Source: Gnetum montanum
Taxonomy: Eukaryota > Plantae > Gnetophyta
Reading direction: 5' to 3'
Length of the DNA: 64,000 nt
NCBI GenBank assembly: GCA_015680685.1
Contig: MNCI01001903.1
Location: 415,148-479,147 of the forward strand
Part shown: piece after piece, positions 38,581 to 51,689 of the stretch
Layout: each line of letters opens with the position of its first letter
Numbering within the stretch: position 1 is the first letter of the stretch
The notes under the pieces: model-generated
Database searches by the model: none
The model's input: only the letters and a program-made list of their open reading frames with translations
Told to the model about the DNA's origin: nothing
Made by a program: the position numbers and the translations under genes

Positions 38581-41269
38581 TTTAGCTTCATTGCTAGGAA
38601 AGGCATTAGGTATCTAGTAGTCATTATAGTTATATAAAATTTTTGCAATAGCCAATAACAATATATCTTTATGATATTATTCTTATATTATCATTTGAGG
38701 TAGATTCATAACAAGGGGAAGATGTGAATAATGGGTCACATAGATAAGAGAGGATCCATCATGATAAATCTACCTCAAGTGATCCCTTCAAAACCTTGTT
38801 CTATCTTACTAAAGATGATCTATGTGATATCACCATGTGCTCTTCTTTTGGAGTAAACCCATCAAACATGGAGAGGATTCATGATCCTAAGAAGCCTCTT
38901 AGGCTAAGGGCCTATAGTAGAGGAAGTATTGATGAACACGTATCATGTCCCCATTACCAAATGGTGTTGTTCCATAATAAAGATGATGTTTCTTCATAAC
39001 AAATGTTGTAATCATTATAATAATATTTAAAAGGAAAAGTTATAATTAAGACATGAAAAGGCACATTATAATAATGAACATGTTTCTCAAGGTGACCTTT
39101 GGGGATTTGACCTAAGATTTTTATACCTAGGCATTAGAGGTCATATCAACGAGTTGCACAACTAGCAAAGGTGAGTAATAGGTGTTGGGTAAAGTAGGAT
39201 AAGAAGGTGACTAGCCATTCCTTCTTACTAGTTATAGGCCTAACCATGGTGGTAGTGTTGGATTGCCTCTAAAGGATAGATGTCGAAGGAAGATAACCCT
39301 AAGAAACCCTTAGAGCATGACCTAGATACATTATTCTACATTCATAAAGCATTCTTTTCATTATTCTTATGCATTTTCTTTATCATTTTCTTTATGTGTA
39401 ATGTCGCATATTATTACTATTTGACATTTACCATGATATCTAGGAATGGAATGTTATATTTAGTATCAAAGCAAACCACAATCCAAGAACTAATCAAAAC
39501 CAAGGGTCAAGTACAATTTAATGATGAATTATGAAGCCATGATCTAAGGAGAGTCATAGACCATTACCAGATGCACCTTACATCCAAGATGATCCATGTA
39601 AGCTAGAAGATACTCTTCTAGTGATTTTCTTGGATAACTAAATCCAAACCACATATTTGTAAGAGATCCACAAATGCACATCATGTGCAAGATGGAGCCC
39701 ACCAACAAATAAGACTTCTTCATAATGACTTTCATCAATATTAGTGAATAAGAGATATCATTATGCTTCAACAAAGTACATCAACTACAAGAGATGTTGG
39801 TAAGACAAGGATGCATTAGTTCAGGTAACTCTTACTCATCTTATAGTATTGTTAAAATTTTAATTAATTAAGTTCCTCCCATGAGGCTAGTAACCATAGC
39901 CTAATTCAATCTTGTATTGCTTGAAACTTATTTTTCTTAAATATATAACCACTGTAACTTAATATTACTCATCCTTATTTAAGATCCATACATTGGTAAG
40001 TTTAAGGAAGTCAACCTACCCATAAGATGGCCTCATCCCTATTTAACTAGTAAGAGTTATTATCATGAGACACATAGGGAAACCAATACTTGATGAATAA
40101 TATTGTTTACTTTGCTTCTTAGTACCTTATTAGGGTATAACCATGATCTGAGAGGATAGGCCTACATCACACGTCAAATTTTAAAGGTATATGTGTTACA
40201 TTTTAATTCAAAAGTTGGTATATCATTTATAATTAAGTTTAACTCACTTAGAAGTCCACATGTCACTGATAAGTTAACCTATTAATGCTAATTAGGCAAC
40301 ATAGGCTATTTTGGTCCTTTCAAATATTGAAAATTTAAATTAGTTTTTGAACCTTGAAACTATGCCCAACACATAGTACTCATCGAGACAATTCCAATGG
40401 TACAAATTTCACCTCGATTTGTCATATAGTTTGGGAGATATCACCATTAGAAGTTTCTCATTATGTGTGTTTTAAAAAAATATTATATTAATTAATTAAT
40501 TAAAAATAAAAAAAATCAAAATTTTAGGGATAGGAATCAAACCTAGAATCTCCCCTTAGGTAAACCAAACTCTTATCCATCATTCAGCTAACAACCATGG
40601 TAATTGCCTAGGATGGGTTGCTTAATATAATAATAAAAAGTAAAAAAGAACTTAATATTAAAATTTGGGGCTTGAAGTTGAATTCATAACCTTCCAATCC
40701 TCAAACTTTAACTGTTAAATGCTAACTCACTAACTAGTAAGCCAAATTACTTAGTTATATATATATATATATTAAAAAATTATCATTAGGACCTACCCAC
40801 ATCATGATCAATAAGGTTGGGTAGTCAGTCCACTACGTTACTATGTGGCCTAGCCATAGTAGGGCTAGATCATGCTGCATTGCAATAAGGCTACAAGGCA
40901 TAGTAGCATTGTTTTGTAGCCAGAGCAGGGCAAGGCTAGACCACAGTAAGACTTTGCTACCATGGTGTAGCTGCAATGCTATGGTAGGCCACATGAGCCT
41001 TTTCTTGATTATTCTCTATCATCACTGCTCATGTGTCTTTATGATTCACTACTTGTTGCACCTTTTCTTTGCTTACTTTCATTGTCCTTATGACTCTACC
41101 TGCCACTATGCAAATCAAAAATCCTTGTCCATCATCACTATCATATTTGTCACCTACTTCCACCACTATCAATGCCCTCTACCACTACTCACTATGCACT
41201 ATTTTTGTGCCCTATCACCACTGCTATTTGCACCTACTAATCTACCTACCAAGAATCTTAGACCTACAG

Positions 41270-41440
41270 TGATCATGAGTGCTAGTAGCACTGTAGGATC
41301 CTACCTCCTTTGGTGATCTTGGCCATTGTGAGCATCATTGAATACTACCTTATCTGGTGATCTTGGCCAGCATTATCATTGTTGGATATTACCTCTTTTG
41401 GTGATATTGGCCACCATCGGCATTATCGATACTGTTTTCT
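41270..41440. repeat. Degenerate ~46-bp tandem repeat
   Basis: ctacct...tggtgatcttggcca...gcatc recurs three to four times; a further degenerate unit lies at ~42425-42455. Confidence 0.6.
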
Positions 41441-41443
41441 TGG

Positions 41444-42422
41444 TGCAGGGGGGTTGCACCTTAATAGATCCCAATAGGTTACAATCCACAACTTCCAAGC
41501 ATATCTAGTTGAGAAAATAAGAACAACACAACAAAATGGAGAAAATCTCCCTTATATTAAGATAATTCTTAAAATACATATAAAATACATAAAAGATGAG
41601 GAGCCAAGCACAAATCAAAACTCTCCCAAGGATCTTAGAAGCCACAATTATCCCCTTTTAATGCTTAATTGCTCATAATGGAGCCCAAGCTCAAGACAAG
41701 ACACTTCTAAGAGATTCTCCTAACCTCTCTTAAGTTCTCTCCCTTGCCTCTCCCTCAACTTCCTTGCACAAGCTCTCTTCTTATACAAGCTCTCCTCCCT
41801 TATTTCTCACAAGCTTTCTTTCCTACTCATGGTCAAGATTATGCTCTCTCTTCTCCCAACAATGATGAGTTACATAAATATTTATACAAAACTAGAAGGT
41901 AAAAACCCTAGAAACCTTTTCTCAACTCAACTTGAAGTTCTTAAGATGTTTCCCAGGTATTCTCACCTTCTCCTCGGCTATTTCCATCTTGCTTTAGCTA
42001 TTTCCTTAATTGGAATGGCCATTTTTGGAAGTTTCCTCATGCATTTGGGACCTCTTTAGCTTCATGTAGATGTCTCTTGTGAAAACCTTGCTCTTGGGAG
42101 AGACATATACTATTTTTGGTAGACATATTTTATGGGCTTGAGATGTCTTGACTTCAAGGGAGATGTCTCTGGAAACACGTCTATCTTTGTGGGAAGACAT
42201 CTATCTTGAAGGTGCCAAAAAAATGCTTGTTTTGATGCTGGAAGCCTCCAAATGCCTTTCAACAAGTCCTCGTAGATCTTGGAATCTTCTAAACTCATCA
42301 AAATAAGTCAAAAACACCTTCAAACATGTCAAAACATCCAAGAATCATACCCAACAAAATCAACTCAAAAAGATGCATCACATGAAGGGTGGAACAAGGG
42401 AATTGGAAGAGGTGTCCCTACA
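41444..42422 (-). mobile_element. Possible solo LTR of a further family
   Basis: tgcaggg...ccctaca inverted termini, splits the 46-bp repeat, LTR-like composition; no clean TSD. Confidence 0.4.
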
Positions 42423-42651
42423 CGACTACTTTAATGATCTCAACCACTAGTAGCACCTTTCGACATTTAGAATTTTTCCATTAGTTGATGGAAATTCAAA
42501 AAATTTGTTAATTGATAGAAAAATCTAAAATTCATTAGGTGATACAAAAATTTTAATTTGACATTTTAGTAGGTGGTAAAAAATTTAAATTTTAAAATGC
42601 AATAAAATTTAACTAACGAGATAACTAAGAGGTTGATAGTTATTGATAAAA

Positions 42652-42716
42652 AAATTTGTAATTAAAAATGCATGTTGTGGAGTAGTATTGGGATGAGTGA
42701 CCTCTAGAGAAGCTCT
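42652..42716 (+). pseudogene. 5S rRNA-derived fragment, copy 2
   Basis: ggagtagtattgggatgagtgacctctagagaag matches the 5S IE/C-box region; syntenic with 731-808. Confidence 0.75.
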
Positions 42717-43462
42717 TAAGAAATCTCAAATTCTATGCCGAAACTTTTGATGTTTGGAAGCAATAACTTTTACTTTTGGCATCCTTTTTTGATGAATGAA
42801 GAGTCATTTGTAGTAGATTTTGGCCTTTCAAATAGAATGGCAAAGTCAAATATACCCCATGGAGCCTTGAAAACTATTGTTTACTAATTTCCCCTAAACC
42901 AACCCTCAAGATCATTGGAAGCTCAATTTAGCATAATTCAGGTGTTTGATATCCATTTCTAACATATGGATAGTCATTTATAATATTTTTTATCCTTTTA
43001 ACACAATTGTAAGGTTAGATTGATTATCTAAATACATGATAATTAGGTGATACCTTAAATCATGCCTTAAGAGACTATAACTAAGATAGAATAACCATGC
43101 CTAAGAATTTAATTGTTGGGGCTAAAAAATCTAACCTCTTGGGCCATATTAGCCATTAAAATTAGGTGCTTAGCCTTTGCAAATTGACAATATTAGGTTA
43201 CTAACCCCTAGTGTATCATTATTACATTATCAAAGTTAGTGTGTTGTGGGGGGGGGGGGGGGGTGGGTGTGTTGTAGAAACGCCATTTAGAGTGTAGGTA
43301 ATGTAGCTAATTGTTATTGATCCAACAAATAAATTAGTTGGGGAATTAGTTATTAAACCAAAATGGTCAAAAAGATATACATCAATTTTAGCCTACAACT
43401 TGATCATACAGCTAAACATAATAGAGAATCAAAATTTTGTTCCAATAAGGTGTATGATACAC

Positions 43463-44188
43463 ATGAAGAGAAATGACCAAGGAGAAAATCCAAGAACAAA
43501 AATAGAATTGCAACATACAATGTACTTACAAGGTTCCTAGCCAGTGAAAGACAACATTTGCTATGTTCGCATTTGATTACCAACTCAACATGCATAGATG
43601 TCAGACTTAGTTAAGGAGCTTATTTGATTAACCAAATCAAGGAAAGTTTAAAGAACAAGTTAATTTAAACACATATTGATCTTGACCTAGTGCCATTCAT
43701 CCTCTATGGAGATTTCAATGTAAGAATTGGAAGTAGTATTCATCAATTCTTAAAATATGAACATGTAAACAAATCCCTAGAAGAGGAAACTGAATTGAAA
43801 AAGGTGTTTCAAGTAGTCCACCATATGATTGCATTGGCTAGTGCATATTCCACTTTGAACCTTGAGTAGAGAAGACAACTACTAGAATTAGAGAATAGAT
43901 GATGCTGATGGATAATATTCATCAAGAATCATAATTCACCAACTGCATAGCCATGACTAATGAAGATGATTTGACATCATTCTTCATTAAGATCCTAGAC
44001 TATATTTGGTATGATGCTTGATTCTTCTAAGTTATCAAGTTGCCATAATTAATTCGTAAGGAAGAAATTGAGAAGCAAGATCAACCCTATCATTCTGGAC
44101 AAGGCCCTCTAACCATATACCCCTTATGGTGAAACTATAATTACTTGCATTAATCCTCAAGATTGATCAAGATCAATGAGTATCTTAA
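43463..44188 (+). pseudogene. CCR4-like: CCR4-type deadenylase pseudogene, copy 2 (internal deletion)
   Basis: MKRND...IATYNVL, PFILYGDFN, LASAY, FTN, LDYIWY, SNHIPLM; lacks the segment corresponding to ~1674-2110 of copy 1. Confidence 0.88.
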
Positions 44189-45174
44189 TATTACTTTCAT
44201 TTATAAGCTCTCTATTTTTTTTAGTATTTAATTTATATTTTAATTAGGAAGATAAAATATTTCTAGGTAATACAATTAGGGAAAAAATATTTGTCCTACC
44301 TTCACTTGGATAATTAGATATGAGTTTTCCTTTTTATAACCTTGGTTAGAATTGATGATTGGTGGTTAGTAGATCTTTAATTCACCTCTCATCATTACCT
44401 ATAGATAAAGATAAGTATTGATAAAAATTATTCTTATATGTTCTTATTAATTATATTTTATTTGTAGAATAAGAAGGAGAACATTAGGATATTTAGCTCC
44501 ATTTCATAAGGAGAAATCCAAGTATCGAATCATTGGAACATGGAAGGAATAGTGGAGTTGAGGAAAGATCATTAATGTAAACTTGTTTGAGGATGAACAA
44601 AACCTGGGGAGGGTAGATTGTCATATCTTCATTCTGAAATGGTACCATTCCATAATAAAGATGGTGTCTCTTCATAAGAAATGTAATTTTTGTAATAAGA
44701 CTTGAAAGGAAAACTTGTAATTAAGACTCAAAAGAACACACTGTAATAAAGGGCCTGTCTCTCAAGGTGATATTTGGGGATCTAACCTAAGGTATTTATA
44801 CCCAAGCATTACTATATTTGATATGACCATTATCCAATGGTAATCAGTAGACCACAAATGAAGTTAACAATGTCATTATTCAAAATTACCTTAGAAAATA
44901 AATTATTTTGCATCATAAACAAAAAAAACATTGAATAATATTTACAAGTTCTTCATTAGAACTTAATAGCTCCTAATGCTAAATTCATCACTAACAGGAT
45001 TTACAATAGATGGCAATAACTTCCTAAGTAAGTAATCATCTCTATCATTATTTGGATCATATTGGATGGCTTGAATAAAGTTTTCTTTGTCCTCATCAAG
45101 AATTTTATTGCATGTGTCATCAACAGTTGTAACATCCTCATGTTTGTAATGATTTTCATACGTCTTGCATTGAT

Positions 45175-45394
45175 GGATCAATTATAATAATGATGCTAAT
45201 GTATCCTATCAAGTGAAAGTCATTCATCATTATCTAGATTTCTACTATTTTGAATTCACCTTTGTCTTCCACTAGGATGAACCAATGAGATGGTAGGACC
45301 TCTAAGAAAAAATTATGTTGCTACTTGATAAGGGAGATCCATCAATGCTCACCATAACATTGATTAAGAATGGGATAGCAGCTACTGTAAGTTA
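45175..45394 (-). repeat. 220-bp inverted copy of 23880-24099 at the truncation point of LTR A3
   Basis: 3 mismatches in 220 bp. Confidence 0.95.
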
Positions 45395-45398
45395 CAAT

Positions 45399-47801
45399 TG
45401 TCAACGATTGCATTCAAACAGAACCTTTAAAAGACTTGACAATTTCTTATTGAAATACCATGGGAATTCAGTTTAAAGATAAAAAGAAGCTATTCTGGTC
45501 CCATCAAAATGCCAAAGATTTTTTGAACCCTCTCGACTACTGAATTGTTCAACGACGTGACTACAAACAGAGGCTCTCTTACAACAATCCCAATAGCAGT
45601 TCCCATACGTTGCACAATAACGAAATTTACTACTAAAATGCTCTTAAGGCTTTTAAACACAAGCGCTTCTATGGCAAAATTTTAATAGAAATTTCTATCG
45701 GGCAACAAGAACAGTAAGAGCAATCTAAAAATCCCAAAATTACTTGCCAAGGATGATACTATCTAAACCACTAGCTAAACAATTTAGACAAAACAAAAAA
45801 TGAAATGCATAACTCACAGGACCATGACAAAGAGGCTGAAATCTTTCCTTTAGCAAGCCATCTTATGAGCAATTGTCTTTACAAATCTTCTTTACAAATG
45901 CTCTTCTCAAGACCCCAAGGTGTCTTCAGCTGAGAGCCTAAGTGCTAACTAGTAGCCTTCAAAGTGTGAAGTATGAGACCTCCCAAAAGTCTCTTCTCCA
46001 AATTATCCTTCAAAATTTCCCCCTTAGAATTGAGATTCCAAATTTTGAGCTCCTCCTATGATCTTCCTCCTCCTTGACCCCTGAAGCCTTTTTATAAGGT
46101 TCAAAGGTAGGTAGGGAAGTTACATATTTAAAAATATCTCACCTAACTTCTCTCACAAGTAACTTGGCCAGCCAATTAGAAGGTTACTTGCCCAACAAGT
46201 TAGGAGGAAGCTATGTAGTTAGGGAGTTAGGAAGTTATACATAGAATTAGGAGAAATTTATGCTAACATTAATATTTATATTAAATGTAATGTGATAAAT
46301 AAATATTTTAACATCAATATTGTAAATATTTTTGTGGTAGTAACTTATATATAAAATAAATAATATTCTATGACTTATAATTAAAGGCAAGTTTTCTAAA
46401 ACAAGGCTTCACACTATATGTACTTTATTAATGGTTGTTATATCTATATATATGTATATATGTAGATTAATTTGTAAGATATTTAAGTCACCCGATGCTT
46501 TTGTAAAGTTATATACGAGTGATAGTAATGAAATAATTTTACATATATCTTGGTGAAGGTGGCAAAGTTAATGAATGGGTTAAAATAATTCTTCTTTGTC
46601 TTCCCTGGTAAATCGCGTGGATAATCGGCAATGGTTCCAAAACAGCAGGCGAACTCGGCTGGTTCGTTTTCTCCTTTCTCTGCACAAAACCTATAAAAAT
46701 TGACACATGTTCTACCCAAGATCCAAAGTGTTGTATCACCCAAACCGTATGTTTGAATCGCCACCACAAAATCGTAGCGAACTGCCACCGTGGGAGAAGG
46801 CTCTGCCGCTGCATCTGGGAATTCTGTTTTGCCCCAAATTGGCTTAGGGCTTCCTTTGTTTTTTGAATTTTTTCTTGAATCGTCACTGCCATTTTCATTG
46901 ATCACAGAACCAGGGGCGAATGTATTGTGGATCTGCATCTGCTGAAACTGCAGGAACCTTCAGAACCGTTGCTGCCCGCACAACTGAAACCGCTACAGCC
47001 TGCAACAAAAATAGAATCGGGGCCCCAACAAAACGTGACTTCTTTCTCCGTATATTGTGTGGAGAGGGTTTCGATTTTTTTTTTTTTTCAAAAATAATAT
47101 CCCTGTGTTCTACCCTACATTGGCCTCAGTTCTATCCAAATTTCTCCACGCAATTGCTGCCTGAAACCGCATGAACCTGCTCATCGGTGAAAGAAGGGCC
47201 TCCCACGCACTCCACGAACTTAGGTTCAGCGTCTGGCGAGTCGGCAACATAGATCTGACCGGTGCGTGGACGCAATCCAGAACGGCAAGCTAAAGGAATC
47301 ACCCCAAAACCACGACATTCAGTTCTGCTTGTTTTTCTGATTTCGTTTTTTCTCTGGCAGCATTAACAATGGGCCTTTGGTCATATGTGAATTTGGATTT
47401 TCTGCAATACAAAAACCTTTACATCCTTTGATAATTTTCAATCCACGAATTCAAAACCAGTTGGTAGTCTATTAGGTCCTTCACTTGTTTCCAACTCTTA
47501 GCTGATTTTTGATAATCCATTACCCACAGTGTTGTCTATTTTGCCAATATTAATCAGGAAGTATGCTTTCTTGTGGTAAATAATCACCTCTTTTTTTATT
47601 CCAACCTTCACTCAAGAAAATATCTTGGCATTTTAATTTACTTTCCAAGAAGGCTTCAACATCAATATTATTTACCAAGCTTGCTTCTCCAAGAATACCC
47701 ATTACTCACAATACTAAACTGCAAATTTACAACCAGGGATTGTGCTAATATTTTGAACAAAATATTCCAACTGCTCCATGTAATGGCCAAATGTGCCAAC
47801 A
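45399..47801 (-). mobile_element. Solo LTR family A, copy 3 (left ~650 bp missing)
   Basis: 45399-46124 homologous to 3199-3855; ends ctgctccatgtaatggccaaatgtgccaaca like copies 1 and 2. Confidence 0.88.
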
Positions 47802-48339
47802 AGAATCAACATACTTAAGGAGGTAATTTGTTATTCTTTCTACATTAGCTAACTGCACTGAAGCCCAAAATTCATATTCAATTCCATCCTTCTTCAATTA
47901 GATGAGAAACTCATGTACACCAGGTCAAATATAGTAATAGTTTCTTCCAAGCATGAAATCATATTTTCTTTTGTAGTTCCTCAATTCATTTGCATTTGAA
48001 AAATGTATATCCTTCAAAAGTATTCCATTTAGATCTAGTATAACTATTTGTCTTCTTTCTATTTCTAAATTTATATCTACAAGTATTTACAATACGTAAA
48101 TCAAATAATTGTACATTTATTTCAATTCAGCAAACATTATAATTGATTTCTAAATTTAAAGATATTGATAATGCATGTCAAAAAGTATAATAATCATTAT
48201 AATATGAATGAAAACTCTTTACTATTACAAAACATTCATATGATTCCGAATAAGAAACATTAATATTAAAACACTTGTTAAGTTAGAGATAAGAAAATGT
48301 AATACAGTACACTTATTTAACATTAGAAATCCATGTTGC

Positions 48340-48960
48340 ATGTAAGTCTGACACATTTAATATATCACATACGATTTTTCTTCTATACAATGGTAATGAT
48401 ATCTTTCTATGACATAGAATGCATATTACATAATATAAGGTATAAATACCACTGTCATATTCATTTCTCTACCATGGTATATTTCTTTAAAATAACTATC
48501 TTTATAGTTCTTAATGAAATTAGTCCTTTCTATTTTCAATACTCTTCTCCACTTCAATGAACTTTTATATAATATCAGTTTTCTTCCTACATTCATTATC
48601 ACAATTCATAGGTTTCGTGATTGATATTGACCTTGCAATGATATCAACAATAATAAATACCCAATGAAACATACTTCTTCTAATCTTGATGTTCACTAGG
48701 AAAAATATTTTTTTGTAGCTTTTAAATAGATTCCTTCTTGTTGTATCAATATTAAAATACATTGTCTCAATTTCATCTCCTTGTTATCAAACATATATGT
48801 TCTACTTAATTCCGGTAGTATTGATGAATTAAAAAATAATATGTTGAACAAACTTCTAGAATTGATTGCATCTTTTTAAAACAGTATTTGAATATTGTGT
48901 TCTCTATCTCCTATTTTTTCCTTAAACTTCTTAAATCATTTCTTGTGATTATATTTCCAT
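48340..48960 (-). pseudogene. Ulp1-like SUMO protease (peptidase C48) domain remnant
   Basis: Motifs in the correct order: ITRNDLRSL; KKIFFLVNI...HWVFIIVDI; IPW*RNEYDSGIY (Q.N..DCG, Cys mutated); KDI..LYRRKIVCDIL. Confidence 0.75.
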
Positions 48961-51689
48961 CACTACAACCAATACCTCATTACAGTGTTATGGCAAGAAT
49001 ACTACATTATAAATTTCTACATCAATTTCACTTCGAAGTATTTTTCTTATTGCATCTAATTGATAAGAATTAAAGCACATATGTCAGAGTTATTGTACAT
49101 TTTCTAAGATGGCATATAGCAATAAATTAAATAACATAATATTATTTTCCATCAACAATGCATAATAAAATAGGACAATCATATTACATTTTTAATTTGA
49201 AATGATATATGCAAAAAAAATCTAAAATTATCCTTTCTTTTTTAGGACATTTTACATAAATCTTATTATCTTCAATTCAAACCTACATTAAATTATATAT
49301 ATATATATATAATTAAGTATATCCTTTAATATAAAATCACTACATTTTAAATTCAATATATGATTTTATGTCAAATATTTATCTTTGGTGTCTTCAATTG
49401 TTTTGCGCTACCTTTTTTTACCTCTTTAAAGACTCTAGTATTCCTCCTTGAAACATAAAAAATTAAATCTATTTAATAAATAATTTAATAATATCAAATG
49501 GAGTTAATTCAACATACTTCATTATACAGACTTTACGCTTGCTGCAAAACCTTTACTTGCTATGCCTTATCTAATGGTTTTCAAAGAGGTTTCCTAATCA
49601 AAATGTATATATTAGAGAATTAGCATAATACATCAATCAAAATTTTTTATCTAACATTCGTCATATTAATATAAATAAAAACACACTAATTCCTCATCTA
49701 TTTTAGTTACTTCTTCATCATTAGAATCATCATGTGTCTTCTCATGTTCTTTTCCTTTCATATTCTAAAATTTTAGTAATAACGGTAAGTAATATCATAA
49801 TTTTTCTCTTATTCAAAACTAAGCACTAAGGATTTATTATAATAATATTCTATTTAGAAACTTCTTCTTCTTCTTCTTCTAGATTATCCTGTTATGTTTG
49901 TAACTCATCATCATCAAAGACATAACCTTCCTACTTATGATAAATGTATTATTATCAATCATAGTATTACTATGATACTTTAAACTATATTATTCATTCA
50001 ATTTTACATAGCATAGCTTATTAGTGGACTAATCTTTCAGACTTATTAAAATATCTTTATATATGTCTTTCACTTCCAAAATATTCTAATATTGCTCCTC
50101 TACATTTTTAACATCAAAAGACTCCTCCTCAATTGAAGCTAGTAGCTTTACTGTTGAAGACCATGGGAACCATCACATATTATCATCGTGTACTGATATG
50201 ATACCAATGTCTTCATATTCACTTAATGCTCTTAGGAGGCTACTACAACAAAATAACGATACAATGTAGAAGATACCCTTTATAATTACCTCATCCTTCA
50301 TTAAGACAAAATTAATAAGTTTTCTTCAAAATTTGACTGATTCACATAACTTGTAATTAACATCTTCTAGGATAGCTACATTTGGAAGAATATCTTTAAT
50401 ATATTTCACGTCCACTATGTTTTTTTCCATGATATCATACTCACCTTCCAGGAATGCATCCAAAAAATTAACAACTTCTACCATTGTGAAGAATAGTAAA
50501 TCAAAGCATACATTGCTTTTCTTTTGTAGTGGTAACTTAAAGTATATTAGAATGAGATATTCCAAAATATACAATTCTTATAGTCATTTAGAAGAAATTT
50601 AAATAAGTGATAAGTTTCCATGTCAAGATTAATAACTACCCTAGAATAGACAACAATTGTTCTTCGTACAAACTCAAATAATTTTTAAAAAAAAACTAAA
50701 GGAGTCCTTAACAGTTATATTCTCAAAATCAACAAAATAGCAAATGACTAATTTCTCCATTAACAAAATTTGCTTCTCATATTTCTATAGCATAAGATCA
50801 ATGAACTCTAGATTTTGGCAATAGCAGAAAAAATCATCATGCTCTTTGATTATTATACACATATCCTCCTCTAATAACAAAGACTTCATATGTTGATGTA
50901 GCATTGATTGAACATAAGTCTTAAGCTTTAGCTTTCCCTTAGTAAACTCCACATTTCCAAGAAGACTAATGAACATGTATTTGTTAATTTAAACTTGTCA
51001 AATTCATAAAACCAATAAACAAAGAAATTTTCTATTTAAATATGAATAATATAATATTTTAGGATGTAGGAGATCAAATACCTATTCTAGATGTTATCAA
51101 GATTGAGACCTATGTAGCAGATAATAGATAAATCTCTACCAATAAAAAATTGGACCAAAGCTAATTTGAGTGAGTGAGAGTGCTTCATATGATTGCATTC
51201 CTCCTCTCTAGTGATCATTTTATTAATTTTTGATCTACGAGGCTCATTCTTTCCTTTAAGATATTTAAAACATGTCTTCCTAGAGAGTATCATGTCAGCA
51301 AATTTTTTAACTTTATGTAATCGAAGGTCCTACAGTGGGTAGAAAAGATTCACACATATTCTTCAAGTTATTTTCCTTAAAGTTTTCATCTAATAAAATC
51401 ATAGGAAATCACTATAGGGTACCATTCTAATACATTATGAATATTTCATTCCACTTCTTGAATAATACATCATCTATACGAAGAAATACTTTTCTTTCCT
51501 ATAAAGCCTTGAATATTGGAATGCTACAAGATATAAAATTATTAATATGGAATGATATAATTTATAATATCAAACACAACACAAAAATGAAACAAGTAAA
51601 TTAACTTACTTAAACATAAATTTGAGACTATCATAAATTGATTCTAGCTCTTTAAAAATACCTCATGTTGATAGTTTTTAGATGTTATT

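Larger units (their letters stand above)
38941..44811 (+). mobile_element. Non-autonomous LTR retroelement family B, copy 2 (5' LTR 38941-39458; 3' LTR 44619-44811 truncated)
   Basis: Same order as copy 1: LTR, PBS, leader, 5S fragment, CCR4-like gene, PPT, LTR; has ~2.6 kb extra at ~39820-42420. Confidence 0.85.
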
